DNA from: the human T2T-CHM13v2.0 reference genome, Homo sapiens
NCBI RefSeq assembly: GCF_009914755.1
Contig: NC_060934.1
Reading direction: 5' to 3' (one strand)
DNA length: 64,000 nt
The translations under genes were made by a program, and so were the position numbers. Of this stretch, positions 37,845-52,099 are shown in pieces. The notes below the pieces were generated by a model. The model worked only from the letters and a program-made list of their open reading frames with translations, was not told where the DNA came from and did no database searches. Each line of letters begins with the position of its first letter. Within the stretch, counting starts at the first letter, position 1.

Positions 37845-40607
37845 TAAAAGGCCTGGAATGTGGTTTCTGTGAGAGCCTTCCGGAAGCTCTGGGGAGGTGC
37901 TTGTCCTTGTTGCTGGGCCTTGGGGCGTGAGGCAGCTGGTAGGCACGGACTTCTGGTGGTAAGGAGCTGTCTAGCCTGGAAGCCTGCAGCCCACCTGACG
38001 ACAGAAACGCAAAGCACACCTCAGCATATGGTCTGCGGAGTCCTCCCGGGGGCTCCGGATTCGGGGTGTCCGTGGAAAACACATGATGCCAGGTCCACAG
38101 GGTGACAGGTGACAGGTGACCCAGCCTTCAGGCTCCCTGTCCAGCCGCTGGGACTCTGTTGAATGCTGCATTCTTCCTCCCCAGGCTGGCGTTTGCACCG
38201 GCCTGGACACATCGCAACCCTGACCTGTGTGCTGAAGGGCGGCCGCCTGATGTCTGCCTGCTTTTGGCATTTGGACGACACCTGGTTTCTGCCTGAGGGA
38301 GGGATTGGTCCTCTTACCTGATGTGTAGCTCCCAGAAAGGCTTGTGCAGAACTGACATGTGGCTAGCCTGCTCCCAGCCCCCCGCAGCTCACAGGGTCAG
38401 GATGGGAGGGGAGTACAGGCTGAGGCACCAGGCACCACAGGGGCCTGCACGTCACTGTCAGTCTGGTTAAACATCATAAAATTAGTAACCAAACCGATCT
38501 AACCACATTCACAATCATTTGGAAACTGGTGAAAAGGGGAAAGCAATGAGCACTATCCTACTTCCCTAACCCAACCACAAGCAGCGGAGCCAGTTATTTC
38601 TTGGCTTCTCTGTGGAAGTGCGTTTATTTGAAATCCGTAAACAGTGTTTATCTTGGCGAGGAGGAATCCTGCACCAGCTTAGACAAGGAACTCCTGACGC
38701 CTCAGCGCCTGGCCCTCAGGACAGCCTTTCCCCGGTTCCCTGTGTCCCTCTGGCCGTGGGCTCCCGCGTGGTGTGTGCGGCCCAGGGCCCTGGCAGTGGG
38801 GAGTGTGTGGTCCCCTAGTGACACCGCCTGCTCTGTGGCTGTTTTCTTTCTTTATGATTGTTTGCTTCTCACACTCCCTGCCGAAGGACCTGCTTGATGC
38901 CACTGACATCGCGGCTCTTGTGGACTGTGGAGCTGGTGGCTCCCCTCTCCTCCTGAACCACGAGTACTTTCTGGGGAAATGATTTCACCCACTGCCCCCT
39001 GCCCACATCCCTCCACCACAGATGCCACCTGACCTGCAGCTACCCACTGGGCTGCTGTAGCTCCTTGGTGACCAGACTCTGCCCTTCCCTGCCAGTGTGT
39101 GTGCTGAGCCTCTGAGATCACGGCCCAGCCCTGGGCCCTCCCTGTGCAGGTCAGGCTCCAGGTTGAGGCCAGGTGAGGGAGCCGTGGTCCGGGGCTGTGG
39201 CTCTGCTCCTCTCCAGCCCTCTTGCCAGAGGTGGGAGGTGCTGGTGTGCCCCTCCTGCCCCCAGGACAGCACTTCTCTGTCTGCTTCCTGAGGCTCACAG
39301 CACAGCTCCTGTCTGCAGGGAGAGGAGAGTATGGAGAGGTTCAGAATGCGGGCTTGGACAGGTGCTGGGTGGCACCCCGAGCGGGTTTTCCTTTCAGGTG
39401 TGGGGCTGCAGGTTCTAGTGGGTTCTCCACACAGTCCTGGCCCTGGATGGAAAGAGGGAGAGAATCTAGCCTTGGGCTCTGGGCTGTGGTGGCTCCCTGA
39501 GGCCTTGCAGCTGGGAGGGGTCCTCTGCTCCTGTCCCCAGTGTGCGTCCCCCACTGCATCCACCCTCTCTGGGGCCTAAACTGCACATGATATCATTCAT
39601 TACCTTTTTTCCCAACCAGCTAACAGGATGCAAACGAGAGTGTTCTAAATGATCTTGGAATACAAACTTGCATATGTTACTTTCAAGCATTAAATGTTTA
39701 CCTTCTTAAATAAATGGTTGTCACCTCATTTTACCTTCTGAATTAAGCAGATCTCTGATGCACCCAGCGTCTTGCCTGTGCTGACCGGCCACAGACCCTG
39801 GGAGAGTCCCCAGCTGGGATGGGGAGCCGAGGGTCGCACCCAGACTCACACCCCAGAACCCGGGTTTTAGAGTGAGACTGACGAGGGCCACCAGGATGTG
39901 CTCTGCCGGTGTCTGCCCTGTTCCCAGAATGCTGGTCACACCCGCTGAATTGCTGTGAGCCCAGTGGTGGGCTGAGTGCCACGGTTTGAACGCACCTGTG
40001 GTGCCTCTGACCCATGGGGAGAGGGCTTGTGCTGGGCTCCAGAAAACTCTGAGGGACCTCTGAAAGGTGGCAGGACTGTGGGGAAGGGGTTTTGGCTGAG
40101 GCTCAGCAGAATGAAGGGGCCAGGAGTGGAGGGGGCAGAGGGACCCCCAGGCAGGGCCGCTGCACCTGGAGAGAAGCTGGAAGGCAAAGACTGGGTCGTG
40201 GTGCCCTGAGTGCAGGTGGGTTGCTCCCCCCCCGCACGCCGCCCGTGGTGCATCACGTTCTGTTGCAGTGTCTGCTCCTGAGCATTTCAGGACGGGACTC
40301 TGATCATCCTCCAAGCCGGCCTGCATATCCTAGTTGGTATCTGAGTTAAGTTTACACAGGAGATATGGGGTCAAAAGGTGGTGGGGTACCTGGCATCCTA
40401 CAGGTGGCATTCCTGTATCTGTGATTTTTGTTCACACGTTTATCTCGGGCTGCGCATGCCCGGCCCCGGGCCAGGGAACGGGACATGGCCATGAAAACAG
40501 TGGGCCCCTGCTGTCTTGAGGCCCATCTTTTGGTGGCCCCTGTTTTGGTGGCCATCAGGGAGGGGCCTGAGCCCCCCATGGGGTCAGGTGGAAAGTGGCA
40601 GCTCTTA

Positions 40608-40667
40608 GAGGTGACATAGGGACCCTTGGAGGTGACATTGAGACCCTTGGAGGTGACACTGAGACCC
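40608..40667. repeat. 21-bp repeat x3
   Basis: gaggtgaca at 40608, 40629 and 40650. Confidence 0.85.
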
Positions 40668-41474
40668 AAAGGAAGGACAGGAGGGCCCCTGAGGAGATGG
40701 ATGAGGTGGGAAAGTGCAGCCAGCATGCCTGTCTCAGGGAGGCATTGGGTGTTGTGGGCAGCGGTGGTTCGTGGCCTCCTAGTGACCTCTCCTGGTCACT
40801 GGACAGCAGCCTCTCTCGCCCATGGGCGCTGCTCTCGGTTCCAGCCTCGTTGGTTACTCGGCAGCCGTCAGACTCCTGGTTTGAGAAGGGAGTGTGGGCT
40901 CCCTGTCCTCGAGGGGTTCAGCTGTGCCATTTGGGGGTGCTCCATGAAGCTGGCAGCTGGACAGCCGTGACACTGGTATTTCTTGGGTTATTTTAGTTGT
41001 AGGCGTGTTTGCTAAATGTCAGCAATTTGGCCTCACTCAAAATTTGTTTTGAGATTAGGCTCAGTATTGAACTGCATTGAATGAAGTAAACCAGGATTCT
41101 AAAATTAACGTGTGAGGGGAAGTTATTTCACCATTGGGAGATTATTATGCTCTCTACAGAAAGTGTTGCAGAACTTTGATTTGACAGCAATAAAAATGAA
41201 CCCTCTCCTTTTTTGTGTCTGGTTTTAGCTCAGTGCCATATAAATCTGGGCATTGAAGGTTCAAGGGTCCAGGCGCTCCACCTCTGCCCCTGTGGCTGTG
41301 TGGTGCTCTGTCTATGGGGATCTTTGTAGCACAAGCCCGAGCCTTATCAAAGACCCTGGTTCTCTCCACTGGGTGCATGTGGAGCACCTCGGCCGGCATT
41401 CAGTGCCCACTCTGCATGCCGCCCCCGTGCCAGTCCCCGGCAGGTGAAGGTGAGCAAGACCTTGCACTGGAGCA

Positions 41475-41790
41475 GCTCTGTCAGGAGAGTGTGCGGGGGC
41501 TGGAGGGGCTCTGTCAGGAGAGTGTGCGGGGAGTCTCATCCAGGAGAGTGTGCGGGGACTGGAGGGGCTCTGTCAGGAGAGTGTGCGGGGGCTGGAGGGG
41601 CTCTGTCAGGAGAGTGTGTGGGGCGTCTCACCCAGGAGAGTGTGCGGGGGCTGGGTCTGGGCTTCAGGGGAGGAGAGTATGTGGGGGCTGGGTCCGAGCT
41701 CCAGGACACCCAGAAGAGTATGTGGAGGCTGGGTCCAGGCTCCAGGACACCAGGAGAGTGTGCAGGGGCTGGGTCTGGGCTCCAGGAGAG
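41475..41790. repeat. Degenerate G-rich tandem repeat with core CAGGAGAGTGTGCGGGG
   Basis: About nine variably spaced cores, in 33-bp and shorter units. Confidence 0.8.
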
Positions 41791-43188
41791 GAGAGGAGAC
41801 TCTCGACGGTGGGCAGCCCCAGGGAATGGCATGGTGGCTGGAGGGGGTGCCAGCAGAGGGGCTGCGGCCGTAGTCTTAGGGAGGGTGGCAGGCACTGCAG
41901 AGGTGCTCAGTCCGCCTGCCTTCTGTGGTGCAGGGTAGAGGTCGGGCCTCACAGGCTCTGGGTTTAAGTGCTGGAGCTGCCTCTCATTGGCCCTAGGGAA
42001 GCTGCTCGTCCTCTTGTGCCTCGGTTTCCACACCTGTATGGTTGAACTTGTTGCGGTGATGTAGGAAGGGGCCTGATGCCCCTTTGTGTGGCTCAAGGCT
42101 GGTGCGTGCCGGGCAGCTGTGAAATGAGCTGGGCTTCTGAGTGGCAGGGAGGCAGAGCCGCGCCGGTTGCGGGCTCCAAGCTGGGCTAGCTGGAGGCGGG
42201 GGAAGGAGAGTGTGGGGGGAGGTGGAGCCTGTGGGCCGGTGACGGAGGGGACCGCGGGGCGGGGTGGCGAGTGGGGCTCCTGGTGTCTGGGGCTGCAGCT
42301 GTGGGTGGCTGTCGTGCCCCTGAGTGAGGCGTACCTGTTGGGAAGTGAGGGCATGAACTCCGTTTTCCTCCTTTTGAGTCCCCCCGCCCCAGTACTGTGG
42401 TGAAAGCAGCTGCACCGGTGGCTCTGGTGGGAGCAGTAGGGGTGTGGGATTGTGCAGGGCAGGGAAGGGGCAGAGAGGGGGCCGGAGCCAAGGAGTGGAC
42501 TCTGGGCATCCCAATGGTCTGTGTGAGGATGAACTGGGCTGATGCTTGCTGTGGGCCAGGGACACTAGAAGGGTGAGCTCCATTCTCCAGAAGCTCTGTG
42601 CTTCTGCGGCTGGCTCCAGCCTTGCCCTGCGGTGGTGGGGCCTGCTTCCCCGGCCATCCTGCCCTGTCCCTTTGCTGTAGGTGGGGCCTCAGTGAGGCTG
42701 GGAGATGATACTCTGGTGCTGCCCAGGGCTGGCCTCCCATAGCGATTGATGGGGTGAAGGAGAGGAGAAGCCCGGAAGATTGAGCAGGTTTTTAATTCAC
42801 AGGGCCCTATTTTCGTCTGACCCCTGCTTCGTCATCCACCTGCCTCTCCGTGGCGCCTGGTTCTTGGTGCTCCCCTTTTGCAAACCTGAAGCTCAGCCAC
42901 CATGCCTTGCCTGTTTAAAAGTTTTTTTTTTTTTTGTAGAGATGGAGTCTTGCTATCTTGCCTAGGCTGGTCCACTCCCGATACTGGAGTGGAGTCTGCC
43001 CCCGGGTTGTGGCCCACCTTCCTCCCACTGCTGGCAGGGGCTTTGCTGGCAGCTCCCAGGGCTGAGTTTTCATTGAATAATCTGCCCAGAAGGTTCCAGG
43101 GGCTGCATCTGGGTGGCTTGAGAGTAGAATTATTTGGCAACTTGCAGTGGGTTCTGTTTAAGAAGGAAAAGAAAGCCTGCTGGGTCCC

Positions 43189-43556
43189 TGATATGGTTTG
43201 GCTCTGTGTCCCCACCCAAATCTCACGTCAAATTGTAACCCCAGTGTTGGGGGAGGGACCTGGTGGGAGGTGATTGGATCCTGGGGGCCGATTTCTCGTG
43301 ATAGTGAGTGAGTTCTTGTGAGATCTGGTTGTTTAAAAGTGTGTGGCACTTCCCCTTTCACACTCTATCTCCTGCTCCACCATGGTAAGGCGTGCTTTCT
43401 TCTTCTTCACCTTCCGCCATGATTGTAAGTTTTCTGAGGCCTCCCAGCCATGTTTCCTGTACAGACTGTGGAACTGTGAGTCAGTGCAACCTCTATTCTC
43501 CATGAATTACCAGTCTCAGGTAAGTCTTCATGGCAGTGTGAGAACGGACTAATACT
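43189..43556 (+). mobile_element. Solo MaLR LTR (THE1D/MSTA-like), sense to INPP5A
   Basis: Starts tgatatggtttggctctgtgtccccacccaaatctc and ends gagaacggactaatac. Near-perfect 5-bp TSD GTCCC/GTCCT. Confidence 0.92.
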
Positions 43557-44672
43557 GTCCTGGAATTGGCCATGCTTAGGGGAAAGAGTCACAGGAAGGG
43601 CCCTAGAGATCATCAACTTCAGCCCTTTTATTTTTGATTCTTAAAGACACATGTGAGATTGTTTTATAAAAATTTTGACTTACAAGGCTGAAAGAATTTT
43701 ATAGCTAACACTTGTTTATCTGCCACTTAGATTCTATCATTAATGTTTTACTCTACTTGTTTTAGCACATTTTCCTCTGTCCATCAGTCATTGTTGATTT
43801 TGATGCATTTCCAGGTAAATTGCTGACATCAGCATACTTCCCCCAAATGCTTCTGTGTGAATATCACTAGCTAGAGCTCAGTATTTAATGTTTTTCTTTT
43901 GACATAAAAATTATACACAGCAAAATATACAGATCCTAAGTACACATTTGCTGAGTTTTGACGTGTCTGTTTAACCAAAATTGTTATCAAAACAAACACA
44001 AAGCTTGACCATCACCCAAGACCCCTCCCCCATACCTTTCCCTGGCCCTCCCAGGGAGGTGGCTCTTGTGGGTTTTCCCTCACGTAGCTTCGCCTGTCGG
44101 AGGACGCCACATTCACAGATGCCCTCTCTCCATATGGCTTCAGTCTCTTGCCAGACATTTTTGAGATGGGTCCATATTCTTCTCCGAACCAGAGGTTTGT
44201 TCCTTTTCATGGCTGAATAGTAGTCCTTTGTGGGAGTGTATGACTATGCCATAGCACATTTAGCTGTTCTCCTGTCGACAGGAGTTTCCTGTCCGGCCTC
44301 AGGAAACTTACAATGATAGCATGTTTTAATTATGATGAGCAAAGACTCTATGAACATTCTTGTACACATTTTTTGTGAACATCTATTTTTATTTTCTTAG
44401 GCAATTCTACCTAGGAGTGAAGTGGCAATGTCCTGGAGTAGATGTGCATTTAGTTTTATCAGAGGCTCTGGAACTTTCCCAGGCCAATTCTGCTGGTCTC
44501 TTCCTCTGACAGTGCGTGGAGGCCTTGACTGCTCCTCACCCTTCCCCCATTTGGTGTTCTTGTTTTTTCAGTTTTAGCTCTTCTGGCGGGTGTGCAGTGG
44601 GACCTCACTGTAGGTTTTATTGGCATCTCTTTGAGGATTAAGGAGGTGAGCATCTTTTCAGCTGCTTATTGA

Positions 44673-45141
<469 letters not shown>

Positions 45142-45418
45142 TCATTTTCTTAATGGCAGTTTCCATGAGCAGCAGTTTTTAGTTATGATTCTTCTATGGT
45201 TCTCGCTTTCTGAGGCAGAATATATCTGTGTTCACTGCCAGGCCATGAAGACCTTCTTCCTTTTTGCCTTCTTTAGAAGCTATATGCTTTTACTGTCTAC
45301 ATTTGGGTTTTTGACTTATCACAAGTTAATTTTTGTGTATGATGTGAGATAGTGGTTGAAGTTTATTATTATTTTTTCCATATGGAATTCAGCTGTTCCA
45401 CCACTGTTTGTTGATAAC

Positions 45419-45705
45419 TTTTTTTTTTTTTTTTTTTTAAAGAGACAGGGTCTTGCTCTGTCACCCAGGCTGAAGTACAGTGGCAACACGGCTCACTGCA
45501 TCCTTGACCTCCCGGGCTCAAGCGATCCTCCCACCTTAGGCTCCTGAGTAGCTGGGACTAAAGGCATGCGCCACCATGCCCAGCTACTTTTAAAAATAAT
45601 TTTTGTAGAGATGGGGTCTCACTATCTTGCCCAGGCTGGTCTCAAACTCTTGGGCTCAAGCAGCCCTCCTGCATCGAACTCCCAAAGTGCTGGGTTTACA
45701 GGCAC
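45419..45705 (-). mobile_element. Alu (AluJ-like)
   Basis: Poly-T followed by an antisense Alu. Confidence 0.9.
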
Positions 45706-46802
45706 GATACTTTGTTTTTCTCCATTGGATTGCTTTGGTATTTTTGTTGAAAATCCAGGTATAAGTGTGCTTTATTTCTGGATTCGCTATTCTGCTCCAT
45801 CAGTCCATTGAATTTTATTCCAGGTCCACATGCCTCAGTTGTGTTGGCATTAGAGTAAGTCTTACAGTCAGTGCACATCCCTAACTTGATTCTTGCAGAG
45901 GCTGCTTTGGATATTCCAGGCCTGTTGCATTCCGACATAGATGTTAGAGCATCTTGTCAATTTCTGCAGAGTGCCTGCTGAGCTTCTGGCTGGTATTGCT
46001 TGGAATCGTAGATCAGTGTGCGGGGGAGTGATGTCTTCACAATGCTGAGTCTTCTGATTATGAAGATGGTTGTCACCTCATTTACTGAGGGTGTCTTTAA
46101 TTTTTCTCAGCAGCATTTTGTGATTTTCAGTGTAGTGGTTTTGTGTCTTTTGTAAATGAATTGTTACGTAGTTTATGTTTTTTATGTCATTATAAATGGT
46201 ATTTTTAAACGTGTGATTTTCCAGTTGTTTACTATTAGTGAATGGAGATGCAGATGCATGGTTGTGTACTAATCTCGTGTCCTATGGCCCCTCTGAACCG
46301 TAGCTTCTGTGGAGCCGTGGGTGACAGTTGTAAACAGTTGGCATTTGCAGATAGAGCCATGTGAGCACCTTTTTCTCCAGGCTTGAGGCCGTTCCTTTCT
46401 TTTCCTGCCTCGTTGGGCTGGTCAGGACCTTTGGCATCGGGTGAGTCGGCGTGGGGAGCTGGGCCTTTCTGCCATGCTCTTCCTTTCGGGGAAAGTATTG
46501 AGTGGTTCACCAGTAAGGATGTGAGTATCTGGAGTGTTTTTGTCATTGTTCCTTTAAAAAAAAAAATGTCCTTTATCAAAGGGAGGAGGTTTCCTTGTAT
46601 TTCATACTCTGCTGAGCGTTTTCGCCGTCGAGGAATGTCGAATGTGCTCAGATGGTTTTTCTGTATGTGCTAACGTGACCCCACACTTTCTCCTTTATTT
46701 GGCTAACTTGGTAAATTACATCGCTGTTTAGTTAAACGAAACTAGTGTTTCTGGGCTAACCCCTACTTGGTCACATTATATTCCTTTAAAAAATCTATTT
46801 TG

Positions 46803-47111
46803 GGCCAGGCACAGTGGTTTATTGCTGTAATCCCAGCACTTTTGGAGGCCAAGGGGGGCGGATAGCTTGAGCCCAGGAGTTCAAGACTAGCCTGGGCAAC
46901 GTGGTAAAACCCCATTTCTACAAAAAATTAAAAAAATCAGCCAGTTGCAGTGGTGTGTGCTTGTAGTCTCAGCTACTCCAGAGGCTGAGGTAGGAGGATT
47001 CCTTGGGCACAGGAGGTAGAGGCTGCAGTGAACTGTGACTGCGCCACGACACTCCAGCCTGGGCTATAGAGCAAGACTGCGTCTCCAGAACAAACAAACA
47101 AACAAACAAAC
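46803..47111 (+). mobile_element. Alu (AluJ-like) with (CAAA)n tail
   Basis: Sense Alu text. Confidence 0.9.
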
Positions 47112-47702
47112 ATTTCTGCCCTTGCTTTGTGTACACATCAGTGAGAGCTGTTGACCTGTAATGTTGTTTCTTTGCCTTGCCTCTGTGATGCCTTTGCCGG
47201 TTTTGGTGTTGGGGTTATGCTGGCTTCAGAGATTAACCACCAACCATTTGGAAAACACTAACCATTTGGAAAGTGTCATCCCTCCTCTGTGTTTGAAAAG
47301 AGCCATCTGTGATTGATGCTGTTTCTTCTTTAGGTGTTTAATGGAATTTACCAGTGAAACCATCTGTGCCTTTTTTTGTGGGAAGGTTTTTGATATGACT
47401 CAAATTTCTTTAATAGATAAAAGTTTTCTATTCATTATGTGCCAAGTTTTGTTTTTTAAGGAATAAATATATTTTAAATTTATTTTCTGAGGAAAACATA
47501 AACTTAAAAATTATTTAAATGATCAGTCTACTTCATGTAAATTATCAATTTGTTGATACAATGTTCACATATTCTCATATTATTCTTTTAATGTCTATAG
47601 TGATAACCCCTCTTTGATTCCTGATAGTGGTAATTTGTGTCTTTTATTCTTGATCATTCTACCTACTGGCTTATTAGTTTTGCTAATCTATTTAAGAACT
47701 AA

Positions 47703-47981
<279 letters not shown>

Positions 47982-48281
47982 TTTTCTGTTTTCTGTTTTC
48001 TTGGTGACATGGAACAGTTATTTCCAAGGAACTTGTTTAATCAGACCTTCAGGGGCTTCTAGAAGGTCGCAGTTTTAACAGGACTGCAGTTGATTCCAGG
48101 TTTTGATTAAAAGTGTGCTTTGGGGAAGCAATTTTAAAATTCATTGACTACATATACAATAAAATGAAATTAGAAGTCATGTAACTGAGCCAAAAGTTTT
48201 TTTATACAAAGTTATTAACAGGTACCTAAATAAAATATGTTCTTAAAAATGAAATAAAATGAAATCATTTGTATACAAGTA

Positions 48282-48601
48282 CAGTAGTCCTCCCTCATCC
48301 ATGGTTTCAGGTACCTTATGTCATTGCGGTCAGAAACTAGGTAAGATATTTTGAGAGAGCGAGAGAAAGCGCGAGTGCGAGCACATTCATGTAACTTCTT
48401 TTGCCGTATATTGTCCTAGTTGTTCTATTTTATTATCAGTTATTATTTATCTCTTACTGTACCTAATGTTAAACTTTATCATGGATATGTATGTATGTAT
48501 AGGAAAAACCATGGTGTATATGGGGTTTGGTACTAGCTGCCGTTACAGGCGTCCACTGGGGGGGTCTTGGAATGTGTCCCCTCAGCTACGGGGGATGCCT
48601 G
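48282..48601. mobile_element. MER44-type (Tigger-derived) non-autonomous DNA transposon
   Basis: TA|cagtagtcctccctcatcc left TIR, internal aaactttatcat..tatgtatgtataggaaaaa, right end ccactggggggtcttggaa...ggggatgcctg. Confidence 0.8.
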
Positions 48602-50724
48602 TGTGCTGGACTGGAAGCTCCACAATGGTGAGAAGCATTACCAGGGCAAAGCCAGGAGCAATGATGACAACCCTGGATTCCCAGGTCTCACGGAGCCTCA
48701 GATACCACCATCTCTTTCTTCATCCTTTTCTTGCACTTCATTCTTTTTCCACATCCTCTGCTTCTGGGGTGGCCCCTGTCTTATTTCATTTTCTGTGTGA
48801 CGCTCCCCACAGATGTGTGTCGTCAGCGGCTGCCCTGCAGGTGGAGTGTCCTTTCGGGTGTCCACTGCTGGTTCCTGCTAGCAGGAGCAGATGACACTGC
48901 AGCCTCTGTCCAAGCGTGGATCCCACCCTGAGGGTGCTGTGTGTGTCTGGGCTTCCCTCTGGGTCATTGTGAAGCAGCCTCACCTCCTTGGAACTGGAGG
49001 CCTCCCTGGACCTCGCCGCTTGTCCCTGAGACCTGGCCAGCGCTTCTGTCCGGGGGCCAGTGGTCAGGTGATCTTAGGGACACGTCTGCCCTTTGGGAAA
49101 TGGGTGTGCCTCTGGAGACCCGGGCAGAGACTGGCCTCGTGCAGCTGGGGCTGGACGCGCCCTGTGCTTCTGGGGTGCTGACCCTCCTGGGCCATCAGAG
49201 GTGGCTCTCTGTCAGGAGAAGCAGACTTCGGGCCTTCTCCACGTCTCCCCCACCTCCGACTCTGTTACTGCAGCTGGGTTTTGTCAGCAGCAGAACAGAA
49301 GCCAGCACCCTCCAGGACGGGGACTTGGCACACGTTTGGTTTTTTGTGAGGAGAGCAGGGGGCTCTCTGGACCATGGGCGGGGCTGCCTCCCTAGGGGCT
49401 CACAGCTCCGTGGCGACCTCGTCACCCTTCCCCACAGAGTGCCGCATGGCTGGCAGGGTGGGCACGACACGCCGTTCCCCAGAAACCCAGTTGACTTCCT
49501 CTGTGGGAAGTGGTCAGCCGAGTGTCTGGTGCTGCGGAACATCTGGAGGCGTCACTTGGCATGGGGGACTGGAGGTCACCATGGGTGGCCTGGAAGGGTG
49601 GCCGGTGACGACGGGCTCCTGTGAAGTCACTGGAATCTGGAGTGAAATGGCTGGTTACGGATACGTGCGCCAGAGCCTCGTGGTGATGGCGCTGCTGGTG
49701 ATTTTAACTCTTCTGTGCTTCCCTCCCGCTGAATTTCCCCAAATTTCTGAAACAAGTATGATTGACTTTTGAAAAGCAATTTCCATTTAAGTTGAACAGA
49801 GAAAGAAACATGCATGCATGTCAGGAGGCGGCGCAGCGCGGCGAGGCCACGGTTCTCTCCTGCGCGTCAGAAGGCGGCGCAGCGCGGCGAGGCTGTGGTT
49901 CTCTGCTTGTGCCCACTTTGTGTTTGTAAATAGCGAGTCGGAGTCGGAGCTGGAGCTAGTTTTTCATCATCTGTCGGCTTCTGCAGACCAATGTCATCAT
50001 TCCCCGTCCCCTGGGTGGCCCCTCCCCCGCCATCGTTACGCTGTCATCAGCAAGATCACTGTCACTAGGACTGCGTGTATTCCAGTCACAGCTGAGCCAT
50101 GTAGTGTGCTATGACTTGATTTTTTCAGTTTTAAAAAATAATACAAACACATTTAAAAAACAAGAGAGCCAGTGTGAAAACAGTAGGCAATGAACAGTGT
50201 CCACAGAACTCAGAGGGCGGACAGGAGATGGACCCAGGGCAGCTTGGGCCCGTTCCTCACCTGTTACCTGCTGGCAGCAGGAGTGAGGGCCGTGTCTGGG
50301 CAGGAGGGGCTGGTACATCCTCACAGGGGTGGCAGGGGGTCCGATTGAGGAGCAGTTGGGTGGCCCAGCCTGCTTCTGCTGCTGCCAGCACAGCCCATGG
50401 TGTGCTCTGTGGGGCTGGCAGGGATCCTGGCATGGCCTGTGTGATTCGAGGTCAGAAATCATGACGGGGAAAGGATGCGGCCATACCAGACGGAACCTTT
50501 GTCCACAGGGTCCCTGTAACCAGAGCTGTTGGGACGCGGGGAGCAGGCGAAATTTCTGGGCCAATGTTTAAACCTGCCTGAACTCCAGCCTCTCCCTCTT
50601 TGTTGTTTGTATGCCGTGCTCAGAAGCTAGCCAGAGGATTCCGTTCAGAAACGGGGCCTGTAGATAATTGCGTTTTGTGTATGCCATGATTTCAAAGTTA
50701 TACTTGTGTTGTTTCTTAGAATTT

Positions 50725-51036
<312 letters not shown>

Positions 51037-51742
51037 GGATTTGATCCTCTCTAATGATAAGTTGTCATTTTAAATAGATTCTAGGGTATGCAGCCCTTTT
51101 CCCAGTGGATTCAGTTTGCTAGCAGACATCTTTTGGAGAAATTTGCCATCATGTGTAGACTTAAGCTGATTTTGTCTCTGTATTTGATGAAAGAGGAGGA
51201 TATTTCTGAATTATCTCTCATCAGAAGGTATCTGTTCCTCTGTGTCCCCGTTTTCTTTTATAGTTCTCTTGCTCTGTGAGGTTCAGCTAACAGGAATAAT
51301 ATTCTGAGAGAAAACTGAATTTCGAGACAGCTCTCTGTCCTACTCGGGAGACGCAGCTTGCAGACTGGGTCCTTTCTCACGGGCCTTCCTCCTGCACCGC
51401 CTGGACACAGTTTGTGCTTCTCATTTGGTGGAAGGCCCAGTCGTTACTTCCTTTTACAAAACTATTTTTAGCTGCAATGTATTTATGGCTGCACAGACAA
51501 GAGGACTTTTCTCATGAAAGGAAATGCTTTTCCACAGGGATAAGCGAGTCGTGCGGGGCAGGATTTCCTGAGGAATCAGCAGCACGGCCCTGGGTTCCCA
51601 CCCCCCAGCACAGCGCCCACCCTGTGTCCCCAGGAGGCCTTAGCCTGTGCTGCGTCTACAGGGTTAAGGCACCCACAGTGCTTTTTTTTTAAATGACTTG
51701 TATTTGAAAGTTTTAAGGAAGTCTTTGGAAGGAAATGAGTTG

Positions 51743-52099
51743 ACGTTCTGGTGTGTGTCACCATCGGTGGTTGCCGTTTCTTGGAGTGTGGGTTGTGGTC
51801 CCGCTTTCTGGTGTATGTCGCCATCAGTGGTCACTGTTTCTTGGAGTGTGGGGTGTGGTCCCGCGTTCTGTGTGTGTTGTCATGGTGGTCACTGTTTCTT
51901 GGAGTGTGAGATGTGGTCCCACGTTCTGGTGTGTGTCGCCATCGCTGGTCACTGTTTCTTGGAGTGTGGGTTGTGGTCCCACGTTCTGGTGTGTGTCGCC
52001 ATCGGTGGTCACTGTTTCTTGGAGTGTGGTGTGTGGTCCCACGTTCTGGTGTGTGTCGCCATCAGTGGTCACTGTTTCTTGGAGTGTGGGGTGTGGTCC
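51743..52099. repeat. 60-bp minisatellite, about 6 copies
   Basis: Successive 60-nt lines 51901-52081 align (ggagtgtg...actgtttctt). Confidence 0.95.
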
